This document shows positions 25,301-38,900 of a stretch of 64,000 bases of DNA, one piece after another. Source of the DNA: Catajapyx aquilonaris (lineage: Eukaryota); assembly GCA_000934665.2 (NCBI GenBank), contig JYFJ02001615.1, positions 1-64,000 of the forward strand. Direction: 5' to 3'. Position numbers and translations under genes: made by a program. Under the pieces are notes generated by a model. The model did not search any database. It saw only the letters and a program-made list of their open reading frames with translations, and had not been told where the DNA came from. Position 1 is the first letter of the stretch. Every line of letters begins with the position of its first letter.

Positions 25301-28300
25301 ATGTGGATGCTATATGAGGAATCCAAATAGGCGCATATTAGTTTCGTAAGTGCTCCAAATCACATGAAAACTCAATACACAATGCATCCATCGGGTAAAA
25401 CAATTCACGCCACAACTGGCACGAAGAGACACCATAATTTGCAAAAACTAATGGGCAATATGTAAGCAATAGAGCCAACAAAACGTCACAACTGAAGTCA
25501 AGGTTAACGTTGAGGATTTGTTATTGATGCTATATCGATCACAATGCATTGTATTACATTCATCATTATTAGACGCATGATCTATTTCTGATACTGCATC
25601 CCACACAATATGATGTCAATGGTCGAGTCATGTTTGCCTCATTTCGAAGGCAATATAACCTGTAGTCCTCGCAGTACTATACCTCTAAAATCATATAGCC
25701 TAGTCTACTGTATATACTATAATACTGCATAAAATTAAGATGGTAAGTGTGTTGTGGTGTCTTCCATTTTTAAATACTCCAAATGCCAGATTGCATGATT
25801 GCCAAGTGATGCCAAATGCATCATCCAGCTGTGTTCTTGTCTCCAACTCGGTGGAAGGTCCATTCTGGACGACATAAATAGTCTGCAATGCAATATTTTA
25901 TTCTACTTTTTATGAAAAGTCGCAACCGTTGTCTCTTCATTCTCTTACACTCGATTGCCATCACACAGGGTTCTAAATTGGTTGGTCGCATCTTCTGTCA
26001 GCACTTCTTCTACGCTGCATGTCTTTGTCCTTCATGCGACACGAGAAAGAGAAAATAAGAAACGACCATCGGAGTGCGATCAGATCTGATCACTCATTCA
26101 ACCAGTGGGTTGTGAAAGCTAAAGTGAAGGCAACGCGCTTTTTAAGTATCTCCATCGCAGAAAAAAAAGAGAATAAGACGAAGGGACCCATCGTCTCCAA
26201 CTCGACTTTATATGTTGTTATGGCAATGACATATGCGCAAGCAGGAGAGCCAGATGTAAATGGAAAGGCGCACAACTTGCTCTGAACCTGTCCGAGGAGC
26301 AGTCATCTAAAAATGTCACTGGAGAAATTAAGCGATTAAATAGGTTGTGAGTGGAAAACGGGTCTCTCCCAAACAAGTGTCCAAACCGCATCTTTCTTGA
26401 CTCCAACCATCGGCGCGTCCCGGAATGCCGCCGAACAGAAAAAGCCGTACCACCCACGATTATATTTAAACTGACTTTTACTCGACTTTAATTCGACGGT
26501 CCGGTTGACAAAGGGCAGCTTGTCCGGTTGCCAAACACGTATTGCGAGGCATACGGAGCATAATTTGACCACATAATGAATAGGCAGGGGATTAGGACCG
26601 GATTCAGGTGTACCTGCTGGTATATTTCCCTTTTTTGTTGTTGTTGTTGTTCAGAGACAATGCCGAATCTCCTGCTGGCCAAGAAGTCAGGACCGACCAT
26701 GCGACTTATGCATGGTACGTTGCAAACAACATCAATTAGTAATGGTGTTTTCGGAGGGGCATATGCGAGCAAGTGTGCTGCCTCCTGCGTGGTTTGCCTC
26801 GGGTGATTTTTTTTTTTGGGAGCTGACCGCTGCCTTTACGGCTATCCTTGACCTTGGAAGACTGCCCATCACATAATATACACACGTTTCTTTCTTTATC
26901 GTCTTGGACAAGTCCGAGCGACCTCGAAGCCAGGTGCGTTTGTGTAATTTTGGAAACACCTCATCGTTGCCGTGTAATCGACCGCTAAACCTAAATACTT
27001 GTTGTCCTTAATGTTACATTAATTATTATTTCAGATTTGGCCTACTTACAAAATAATTAGTGTTTCAAATGGTGTATAACGTGCTATGAGACCTGCAAAA
27101 AGAGCAAGAGAGCCCTGACATCATGCAGTGATCAAATTGTAATAGCCAGTGGTTAATGCAGTGTGTATATAATGAACACCACTAATTACAGCATACATTG
27201 TGCAGTTAGAAAAATTGACTGTTACCACCCTAATTTACTTTTTTACCCTTCAGTTAACGAAACAGCAAGGAAAGTTTCACAAATATTAGCCCTATACGCC
27301 TGCACATAAAAATTTCGGTGCGATTTTTGCATTTCAATATCTACAGCACTGCAGAATTCCTGCATGCACATGCGGACTTTGCAGTGCAGCCACCAATTGG
27401 TATGAACACAATAAAATGTGACAATTTTTTAAATACACCTTTGACCTGCTTCGCTTTAATATGACCCATGAAGGTATATTCATGGCGATTTAATCCGTCA
27501 TCATACTACACGTCGTACTTTAAATTCAACGTCGTTTTCTTTTATTATTTAAATAAAAGAAGCTGATTAAGGTCATCAGTCAACATGTATTTTTCCCCAG
27601 CATCTTCTTCCTTTTCCACCTGCAAAGTCCGTCGTGAGCTGTTGTTCATCCGATCTGTTAATCAACAGACCCAAGCATTGGTGGGCTGATTCATATTCAT
27701 GAAGCTCATCCGTGCCTTTCGAGCATACGTTGCCTGGAAGTTATACGACGACCGACAGAGTAGGGTGAGGTGGTGGTAGAATGCTCCCAAAACCTATTTA
27801 GAAGATGCACGAGTAAGATTGCGGTCTGAACAGACAGGTGAAAAAAATAAGATAATATCGGACTCTTTGAAGTATATAGAGGGTTCCGTTGCGCAATGAG
27901 AGATCATTTAATTTTTCTGGAATATTTTCTCTGTGTCCGGTTCGTCCTATCCGATTATGACTCATCGCTTTGATGGCCGCTCAAGGTGGGCCACAAGAGC
28001 ACAAGGTGCGTATTCATACATGACAAATCTGATGCATGCACCTGTCATATTCGAGCTTTACGGACCGCTGAGTTTTCTATCATATATGGCTGAGCTGACC
28101 TGTACAGCATTTGAGTCATGGACGTATCCACATATCCATAATTCATCATCTCGGGTAGTTTAAAATAAATAAATAAGCCAATTTTCACAAGAAATGAACC
28201 TAAATAAATTGTCAAAATTAATAGAGATTTTGATGAACCTAGAATTTTGATACGACCAATTTTGTGTCTGTTTCTATACCTTACACCCCTCTTAACCAAT

Positions 28301-31300
28301 AGACTCGAGCACTGCACCAAATTGTATTTTAACCTTCTTAATTTAATGCGTCCAAAATTACAACATTGATTCAGCCTTCGTGCGACTTTAAAAAAAAATC
28401 ACGTTGAGAAAACCACCCGTAATTTTCTCCATCGCTCTTCACAAGTAAGATAAAGCAGCGTTGTCGAGGAATCGATACGACCCTGATTACAATATTCCGT
28501 GCCGTAGATACACACCTGCGAGTGGACCAACACACACAGCTTCTATATAGGGTGTAACAACAAGGGTTGGGTGGGGGGGGGGGGGAAAGTGGCAAAGCGG
28601 TAGACACATTAGAGTCAAATGATGTCTTGGGGAGAGGCCTCTGACTCCGGCCGCATTAATCGACTGATCGAAGGAAACGGCAGAAGGTTGACCTCTCAGG
28701 GATTGATTGATGAATGGGAACGGTCGGAACGGCGCTGAGCAGGAACCTCGAAAGTGTCCTCGGAGCTAACGCAGTCGCCAGATGCCTGCCGCTGACGAAA
28801 CCTATACCGGAGGTTATAAAGTACAGGGTGGGCCAGCAACACAGAAACACTGCTTAAAATGTTTTACAAAAATCATATGGCCAGTCGCACAGCTTCCAGA
28901 TATCACTCCTATAGGATGAACAACAGTGGCAGAAATTGTCAACAAATTGTCGAGAGAATTTTCTGGTCATTTTGACTCATCTGATCAAAGCTTTGTTGGA
29001 TCACCCTGCAGCCGTAATCCCCACAGGGCTCATACCCGATGCATCACCTGGATGGTGACGACAGCATCAGGCCACAATTAATCGAGGGCACTCATTGTCC
29101 CAGTAGGAGACTGCTGGTAATGTGTACGTGCTTGCAAATGGAAGGAAAGGCTGGTTCGAACTGGACTCCAGGGAAGATAGGATACTCGTGTTTACCTCTC
29201 TTCATTAGGCTCGCTTGGGATATACCATTCTTTTTTTTTCCTTGCCTTTATTTCTTCCTCCGCCTCCCGCAGTGTCCACAATTGGCTAATGGAGTCTCTC
29301 CACCTGTACAAGCCGGCTCGGAATAGACCCCGAGAACTTTCTTCCGCCTTATTTTATGCTCCCTGGAGTTGCTAATCACGACTTCGGCTGTTTACAGCTG
29401 GCCATCAAAATGCGGGGGTGATCATCACATGGCGAAAAGGCACACCTGGAAATTCCATTCGGCTTCTCAGTTAAACTTTAAAGAACATAAAAGATTTTAT
29501 ACACCCCCTTAGTGTAAATATTGCATTGGTCCCACTTTGTAAAAAATGGACAGAATGGCTCAGGAGATAAAAATTGGAGGGTGTTATGCAATAACGAGTC
29601 AACCCACATGAGTACAGTTTTGAGAAAGAGGGCCTTGATGTCACCTGTGATATTAATGAAGTGTCCTTTTCGGTCATTTATGGCCGAAGTATGCAGATTT
29701 CGCCGGCCTGATTTGAACAGAATGAAGTACAATTTTGTGGGTTGACACATTATTGCATAACACCTTACAATTACACAATTTACAACATGATTATTCTGAA
29801 AATTATTAAATTTGATTGCGATTTTCTTTACGAATAACCAGCATTTCACAAACTCCCTCATATAAGTTCAACTGAACATCCAGGGTGATTACACCCCGAG
29901 GGTGTCATCAAGAGCTCACACATCTCTCGGTTTCAAGCCCGTTAGTCCCGTCATTTCCTATATACTAGTGCAGCAGGTATACAGTATATTTGCCATAATT
30001 GCATACACACTTTGGGTGGTAGTGCATCATCACCATTAGTGGACTCGCAGGCGGCGTACATCATCAGGCAAACACACGAGCCCAAATTACGCAAGTGAAG
30101 GAACCAAGTGTGGAGTTCATATCCAGAAAATGGGAGTGCTTGGGCTCATACAGTCGCGCGTACATACAGAAGGGTTTATCCTAGCAGCGTCGAGCTAGGG
30201 GGCAAAGGTCGAGCAGCTGCAGATCTCTTGCTGTCAAGACATGGGAGAGACCAGGCGAGCGAGTCATGGGTAATTCATGAGGCAAGGACCATCCATCATG
30301 CGTCCGTCACTTTTGCGCGCTCCATACAAGCCGCACCTATATACATGAAGCGGGCTCGATTCAGATATACACCTCCGCCTTTTCATCAGGGGGATCAGGT
30401 TGGGCCTTTTCCCAAAATGGGCAAACAGAATATTATACGGTATATGTGTGCCCGACTCCAGAAAAGAGTGGGGCAATTTGGGCTTGAAACACTGCAGTTT
30501 ACTGATTCATTAAAGGGCGAATTAGAGCCCTCAGTCTCACTTGGTTGGTGCAAATGCGTAAGTGTGTACAGAGCTTGCCGACTGGTTTTGCCTATATTAT
30601 TTATTAATAGAGCTGTAAACTTCTTTTTTTTATTAGGTGCGTGCATGTAACAGTGTGTTGCCTGATGCATGAATTGAAATATTCCGAACTCAAGCCCATA
30701 GCATGCATGACACGGTATTGGGTATGAAATCTGCAAAAAGTAAAATATTGATTGTGGTATGCTTGGATGTGTAAAGATGCAAAATAAGCCTGAAATGTTC
30801 AAACTGTGACTGTGTGTAAAATGAACGGTGCACTTTTCCTGCATGATTAGCAGCATGAAGCCCACCGCATGATTGTTCATGAGAGGACAATTTCTGAAAT
30901 TATTTGACGGCGCGTTGACACGCACATAGACTAACGGGTTTCGGTTTTTCGCACAAAGAGAGGAAAAAAAGTGTTTATATGTTGTTTGGTGGAGCAGGGT
31001 TTTTATACATCAGTAGCACCATCTGCTACTCACGTGATTTAGCGTCTTTTATCTCAAGCAGGAAGCGCCGCCGCCGTTCAAAAGTGTGTTTTTTTTCACG
31101 TGCTGCTTACATTTTCGCCGAGACCGTCTTGGCGTGTCTTATTCTAGCCGCACATGATTTTTATATAATATTTTTCTCTATCATCTCTTTCCCGTGTGGG
31201 AGAGCTGAAACAATGCGTGAATCTGGTGAGCAGAGAGGTTGACATAAATTTGAATTAAAGCTACCATTGCAGAATGACAGTATATTCACCACATATACTC

Positions 31301-34300
31301 GTACTTTCTCTATGTGTTCGGTGTATATGCGTACAGTATTCTTATGGAAAACAGCATAGCGTAAAGGCTAGTATATTTGAATCGTAAGATTTCACATGTT
31401 CCCGATATTGTCCTTATGGGAGTGCAAGCCCTTATATTCGTAGTTTAACTATACAGTATAGCCCTAATAATTTTATTACTGCCACTGGTCCTTGATTACA
31501 CTGCTTAAACACCAGAAATGTTCCTAAGCCCCTTATTACTTAATAACTATATGTTCAAGAATTTAGATATGGAAATGATGGGGCGGACTTGGGTTCCATT
31601 ATTCTCATATTAGATTCCATATTATATATGCAGCTGTAAATCTACAAATGCGACGTCCACTACCGTTTCCCATAGTGGACTATTGCGTAACAATGATAGC
31701 CATTTAGTCGATTTGTTGATGATTCTCGCGCTAGAAGATATAGGAGCTGATTCCATATCGGCCATATGCACTGCCTATACGACATCATAAGAGCTCTAGG
31801 TTGGGAGCCCTAAAAACTGAGCATTTAAATTTAATGTTCATAATTGCATTTTCACTCTACGGATTCACCTACGTGGAGAGTTGTGGGGGAAAATGCTCTG
31901 CACACACTAGAATGCTCCATATGTGTCCAGTAATTTGCATGACAAGTTGTTTTATTTATAATCCGCGGGTATAAATAAAACACAGCCTGCAACGGAATTC
32001 CAGCAGTCTCGAGTCTTTACACATTACCCTCTTTTGTCGCTTCAGTATAAAAACACTCTTTATGTCTTGCACACGCTTTTGTCCCGCGTGTATGTGCCTC
32101 ATGGAAGAGGCACAAAAAGCCTATTTCGCACCTCATGAATTCCAGACCACACAAGAACACATCAGTTTAATTTGGCACCACGTGTGAGACTCATGAAATG
32201 TGTGACACCCGCATAGCAAGTTTTCAAGTTACACACATTTAACACATACCGTACTTTAACATCATGGATGCTGCTCAGGCACACTGTACTGTACAATATT
32301 AGTGATTTTTTGCCTCCTCCATATGCTTCAGCAGGAAATCGTATGAGTCGCGCCTAAAAATAGTCCCCTCATTACACATCATCCACCAAAAGGCTGACCA
32401 TACAGTGCACCTGACCACACCTGACACTTCGACTCAATTTTTTACTCACATCAAACTTCAAAAAAAGGACCTTGCACACTGGAAAAAAAAAGAAGGGCAG
32501 CACATATCCTGCTCGTATCTTAATAGTCCCCGCACCTTGAGTCCCACTTCAACCTTCGATATAATAATTGCTTGGTAAAAAAAAAGGAGGAGAAATGCGT
32601 GTGTGTATATACGGTGTAGATCCTGTGGACTGGGAGTGTGTGTGCGTCCACCTGCTCCCGAAATTGGGATCCGGGAAGTAGGTCGCACGGGATTTACGAG
32701 ACGCAGGCGGGCTTCTTTCATCGATTGAAGAGGAGCTTTTTCCCCCAGCAGCAGCAACCACGCTTTTAGTCCACCGATTGCACGGGCCTTTTCTAGTGCC
32801 GGAGCACACAGAAGCAATGCAGCATTTCTACATTGCACCACCATGTCGGATATATACTGTATATGAACACTCAATGAAATTGTGCACCATTCAATTAGTA
32901 TATGATCGGGCCACCCTGAAGAGCTTCGTGCCACCATATGTTCATCTGAGTGGGTTTAACCAAGAAGGTTCTGAGCTGATTGAAACATAATTAAGGTTCT
33001 TCAACACGAAAACAAGGGAAAAAATCGGGAGGTGTTACTTTAGTTTGTTTCTTTGCGTGTGTTTATATTTTGGGGAAGAAGAAGGAGAGTCTGAGGTCCA
33101 GTTATCTGCGGTCAGAGCCATCGGTTGCCTGCACCAGGTGTGGAAAATTATCTAGTGGGCAGGTCAAGGGATGGGCATCGGACTACTCCGTTTCTGATTG
33201 ATGCCTTAATTGCATTGCGCCCGTAAACTTCTGCCTGTTACACCTCTTCCCTTTTTTTTTGTAATACCTATAGTTACTGAAGGAGTGGTTCAGATGATTG
33301 CATGTACCAAACCAGTAGACACACCTTTCGAGTTTATTTTTAATTATTTCCATCTGCAACGGACAGAATCTGGTGGGAACGTCACTGTGATAGAAGGTGT
33401 TAAGAGATACACCAATTCTTAACTCACCATGATGCATTGTTATCTTAATTTCATGTTGGAATGTCCAGTTGTTGCACTGCAGCGAAATGATTAAACGTAT
33501 CTTTTTGACCGTTCAATCTTGTAGGGTTAAAAACCAGAACTAACAAAATGACCATGAGGCGTTTTTCATATGCATAAATGCTGTGGGCTCCTCGCGAGGA
33601 AAAAGTCAAGCATGACCAAATGGCACCAGAGGCAAGGTGCCAACCTGATTTTCAGGCCTTGGCTAGCATTTTGCTCTTTAGAGGAGAGCAAGACCCCGAA
33701 ACCACAGTGTTTAGAAAATGATGGCATTGCAATAATATTGGTTTCTGACTGCAACCAACTGAAGGGTATACATGGGTGCGGAAGCAAAGAAGGAAAGAAA
33801 GAAGTAGAAAAAAATGGAAGGCCACCCAAGAGGTCCCTGGGTTGATTTTTGGCCTGCTGTTGCTGGATGGATGGGTGATGCGGATCCCTTAGGGAAGCAG
33901 AAGCCCACACAAAAACTCAAGGGTGGATGGATGGACTGATGGGTTAGATCTGCGTGCAGGCTCCTTTGGTCACCTGCATCCATTTCTTGTAGGTGGTCCT
34001 TGCCCATGGCAGCGGACTGTCTCTGGAAACATCTCTCTTCACTCACCTGTGCCATTTGTAACTGTACCTACTCTGAAAAATGGGGGGGGGGGGGGGCTAG
34101 GGAATTAAGATTTTAACCCTTTCTTGGGAAATACAAGCACACAACTTTTGACTGACACGTGAGGCACATGTCCCAAGTACAGTTTCCTGCCCTTAAATGG
34201 TACGTGTTTTCATCACTGCAGGTGTATAATCATTTCATCATGGGGCACTCAAGATCAAAAAGTCAAGTTAAACCTTCAGGTAAATGTCATCCAGTGGTGT

Positions 34301-35864
34301 CCTTCTAATCATGACATCATCCAGAGACGTGATGGTAAATGAGCCATCAAAAATCAAGACTTGGATTCCATACATGGAGGAACCAGAATTTAGAATGATG
34401 TCTTGCTGCCCCAGTTTCAGGGCATATGTAAAAATTACATTTTTGATTAAGGCCATATGGATTTATGAGCATTATATAAAAATTGATCACAGCCTGTGTT
34501 ACGCACAGAGTGAAGCGCTACATCAAAGCTACTGTGGAGTAATTAGTGCCCTGTAATGATTATTTTAGAAATCTGACATGGATTAGTGATGAATATTGCA
34601 GGCACTTGTTGAGGCTCGCTATAAGAGTTATCAAGATGAAGTCATCATCATCATCATTCGAATTTATTGTATAACATGGGACGGATCTACTTATATAATA
34701 ATTGCACCAAGAATAGGCATAAAGACGGTGAACCCTATCATTTGGTGAAATAATTTCTGAAATTAATACCCATCAGGAGGAAATTCCTTCCATCCGGTTA
34801 GAGTTTCTCCCAGAGGGTGGGCCAAGGCTTGGGCCTAAAGTGGAGGGAATAATGGTCCTTTGCGGAAGCTTCTGAGGCCCGAAGCGAGCAAGCAAGAAGC
34901 CAGCTTTATATAGGGAAAGAGGATTCCCCTCCCCTATCCGAAACAGTTGGCATGCGAGAAGAGGCGCCTCCCAGGCTTCATTTGCACCGCCTTGACATTC
35001 CAATCAAAGCTGCTCATTGCCCACCAGACAAACAGAGGACTCCGCCACCGCAACGGCCCATTACGGAAAGTAAAAATGGAAATTTAGGGGGACCCCCAGT
35101 CTGCGTATATTACCAGCGGTCTCAAGCGCAGAGATTGCTGAAAAAGGACCGTGGGCAAATTAGCTCAATTTGCATTTGCTGTGTGTGTGATAAGCTGCGC
35201 GATTTGGGTTTCAGCAGAAAATAATCGATTGTCTTGCAAGTCGGCCGCATACATAAGAAGTAGGACTGATTGGAGAAGATCAGCAATCAACCCTCTTAAT
35301 GTCGAAGGGACGGCTACACAATTGCCGGCCATGATAGTATACTTAACAAGCTATAAAATCCCCTATCCGTGATTTCTTACGTCTTCATTTCACTTCCATT
35401 CCTTTCATTCCAGCCCGGAGGCTCCCGGTTTTCTGTTCGCTTTCGGAACACCTGGGGAATTTTTTTTTCTCGAAACAATCGCAAGGGGAGCAGACAAAAA
35501 AAAATGTGTAACAGAATAATCGTTACATTTGACATGGGCAATAAGATGTCAAGCGTCTAGTTAATCTGGCCGATGGTCATCCTGCTGTATGTGCCTGTAT
35601 TCGCAGTTCACTGTTGTAGACGTTTGCCTGAATCATTAAGGCACACCCTGTTCTCCAAGAGTGCATCAAGCTGGATTAGGCGTGTCAGCTACTCGCTGTG
35701 CGGGTGGTGAAAATCTGCGGGGGCCTCCATGGTCGGTGGCGAAAAGTGTCTGACGGATTGGCCACCACCATCTGTCCGGAACTGACGACGGTCGCGGAAC
35801 AGAGGACACGAGTCCTCCTGCTGCAAACGTCCTCTCATCCGGGCGGTCACCCTACCCGTCCTGT

Positions 35865-35865
<1 letters not shown>

Positions 35866-35924
<59 letters not shown>
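35866..35924. repeat. (GA)n microsatellite
   Basis: Uninterrupted GA run of about 29 units. Confidence 0.98.
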
Positions 35925-35927
<3 letters not shown>

Positions 35928-38900
35928 AACCAAGGCCACCAACACCACCATCAACAAATGCCAGGAACACCATCACGCGACTCTTTGTCTCTTCCACCTT
36001 GCAGACAGGTACGCCTATTGTTTCACTGGGATCATTCAGAAGGACCCCACAGCCGATAGTGAGCGCATAATCTCAATGCTGTAGCCATCAGTAGAAATGA
36101 CACTCGTGTTACGTGCATCAAATTCGTATCTTCGAGCATTTTAATGTCTTTTTCGTGCAAGTGGAGTTTAAAATCTGGAGGGATGCAGAGAAAAAAAGTA
36201 AGGGTCGCCCCCCTCCAAGCAAGTGCACATTTTGAGCCGAACAGTCATGGTTTTTGGGCGGGGACATTGGAGCGGGCCTCCTCCTCCATCGGCGGACCAT
36301 CCCCCGTGGCGGGCAGCAAGCGAGCAGGTGCGCCCCTCCTGCAACTCCCTTTTTTCCAAGCACTGATTACAGGGCCAGCTAATTGCGATTAAGACCAGCC
36401 TCGCACCGCACCCGTGGCTCCGAGCCTTCCACTCAAGGTCCTCCTCCTTTACACCATGGATGGATGGATCCCAATTTTTATAATATTCTCCATCTGCAAG
36501 GATCCAATTATTGTGGAATAATTTATACATACGTACGTATTTGATTGGTTGCCCTGCATATACGTAACTTGTTGTACGAGTACATCCAGTACATTACGAT
36601 ATATCGCCAAAGTGGATTCGTTGTCGGATTCTATGGAAGACCTATAGCCATAAAATTGATATATGACTCAAATGAGAAGGATGTCTTAGTCAAAGTTTTG
36701 AGTGAAATATCTCCCCAGTTTGCACGCAATTTTAGAAAATAACTAGCCTGCTGTTTTTAATATATGAATTTATGTAGATTTTGTTTTTAAGACATAGGCT
36801 ATATAGATTTAAGCCGTGAGATAATTTGGAGAGTTGCGCCCATTGAACCGCAAAAAAACCATTTATCTGTCCATCCTTGTCAGCTACAGGACTCACGGGA
36901 CACCGGATACCTAATCGGAAACCCTTTGTTTCACATTGCGCAATCAACTTAAAATCAGCTCATCTCATCACCTCACCTGCTTTTTTGATTGGCATATTTA
37001 CCTTCTTCATCTGTGAATTTTCATGTGTTTATCATATCTGTAATGTTCGTCCGTCGTAATTTTGGAGCAGAATCGCCCACATATCTCTGTTGTATATATG
37101 CTGGGAGACAGCAGGTGTGAAGGAAAAGTGTGCCGCCCTCATCCTTAGAAGAAAACTCTGAGCTTCTACGTAGGGGGTCTTGTGATGGGGGATTACGTAT
37201 ATATACGCACGCTCCCCCAAAAACGTGCGTGTATGGAGGGTCCCAATCGCCCCAACCCGTCAATTAAATTTAATTATCTTTTCGTGGGAGGGGGTGATGG
37301 AGCCCAAAAAGCATGCCCGGTATGGCCGCCCTTCCACACGCGAGCATCCAACCCTCATCCAACAGACACCAGCATTGCCGCTTCTGCCCATAAGCACTAT
37401 TATAACCCCTTTCGTCCCGTTGGAAATCACGGTTCTTAGGGCAAGACGTCTTATTTAAATCTATTTCTTGGAGAATTTTGTGGTTATCTTTACTCCGTCT
37501 ACAATGTGGGGGAGAAACGGACTGAATACTAAGCCAGATCTGGAGATTACGAGTCAGTTAGGCTTTATAAAAACAAGGTGAATCTCAACGTGAGGAAGTG
37601 ATAATTAAGCTCAGAAATGAAGTGCTTTGGCGGTGATGTCTCCCTGAATTTAACTAACTCGTAAAGGGGGATTTGAAATATCAGCTACTCGTATTAATTA
37701 AAAATTATATTGCTGCGCACGTATAGAATCCTAATTAGAATAACTGCAACATTAGGCTACAATATATTTTCAAACCGTGGGATAATTAATTTGTCTACTG
37801 AGAGTAGCAATAATAAGTTAAATCAGTATTTCACAAAATCTCCATTGTATTGTTGACATGTACATACTTTTTAAATAAAAATCATATGCTGGGATTTGTG
37901 GGGTCACCAGTGCGGTACAAAGTTTGAAAGGTTTGCACCCATAAATCGAGGCACAGGTGGCCCATACAGTACATTGCACGCGTTCTCAATTTGAGTTTGT
38001 CAATCGCCGAACATTGGGATTGGCAGGATCGGTCATCAATCTTGTCGCTGGACCTTGGCTATACTCCTACACTGTTTTTCCCGCAGGAAAACCCGTTTTC
38101 AATCTTTTCGTTACATTGCCGCAATGTAGTTTCGTCGAAAGGGCCTCCAGCTAACAACTTCCGCTGCAATTTCTTGTCACTCTGTACGACTGGCGGCACG
38201 ATTTACTTTTGCCACATTGATGAGTCGCATTATTATCTCGAGACACTTTACACTCGAATGGCCCGCATGTGCAGTACGTGTGACCAGTGTGGATCATACG
38301 GACCTGCTCTTCCTGCTTGACTACCGACTAGGTAGTGGTCGGCACATGCAAAGTACAAAAAAATAGAGAGGTGGAAAAAAAAGGTGTGCGTGACGTGAGG
38401 GAAACGGTTGTAATGTTTTGGCGACGATGCACGTCCAATCCGGGTCCATAATTCAACGTCCTCAGCTAGTATCTATACGTGAGGCTGTCACCCGTTTTTT
38501 TCTGCTTGTTTCCTAACGCAGGCGTGGGTGTCGAAAATTTATCTCAGATTTCGAGAATAACAAATTGTCGCATTAGAAGAAAACTTGTTCTGCGATTGTC
38601 ACTCCTTACCCTGTAAATCGTCCGGCTGAACAATCTATATATGCAGAGTGCTGGAGGGAAATATGAGACCTTTTCAGTGACTACACCATTAACCCACTAA
38701 GCACTGATTGATGATCTGGGAAGAGAAGTGCCTGGCTTATCATTCCACAATAGCACTAGGTATAATTCATGAAAATTTGTTCAGAATTAATTGATGTTAC
38801 TGTTTAATTTGCATACCCACATTATTAGGATGGACATCTTGCTGGAAGAGAGCTCCACATTCTGCCATGTCCTTTTACAAATGGGTTCGTGCTGGTGGCC

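Noticed and set aside
28010..29700. Weakly similar segments near 28010-28293 and 29500-29700 (CACCTGTNATATT, TACACCCC) as old transposon fragments
   Set aside because: The similarity is too patchy to define boundaries or a family by eye.
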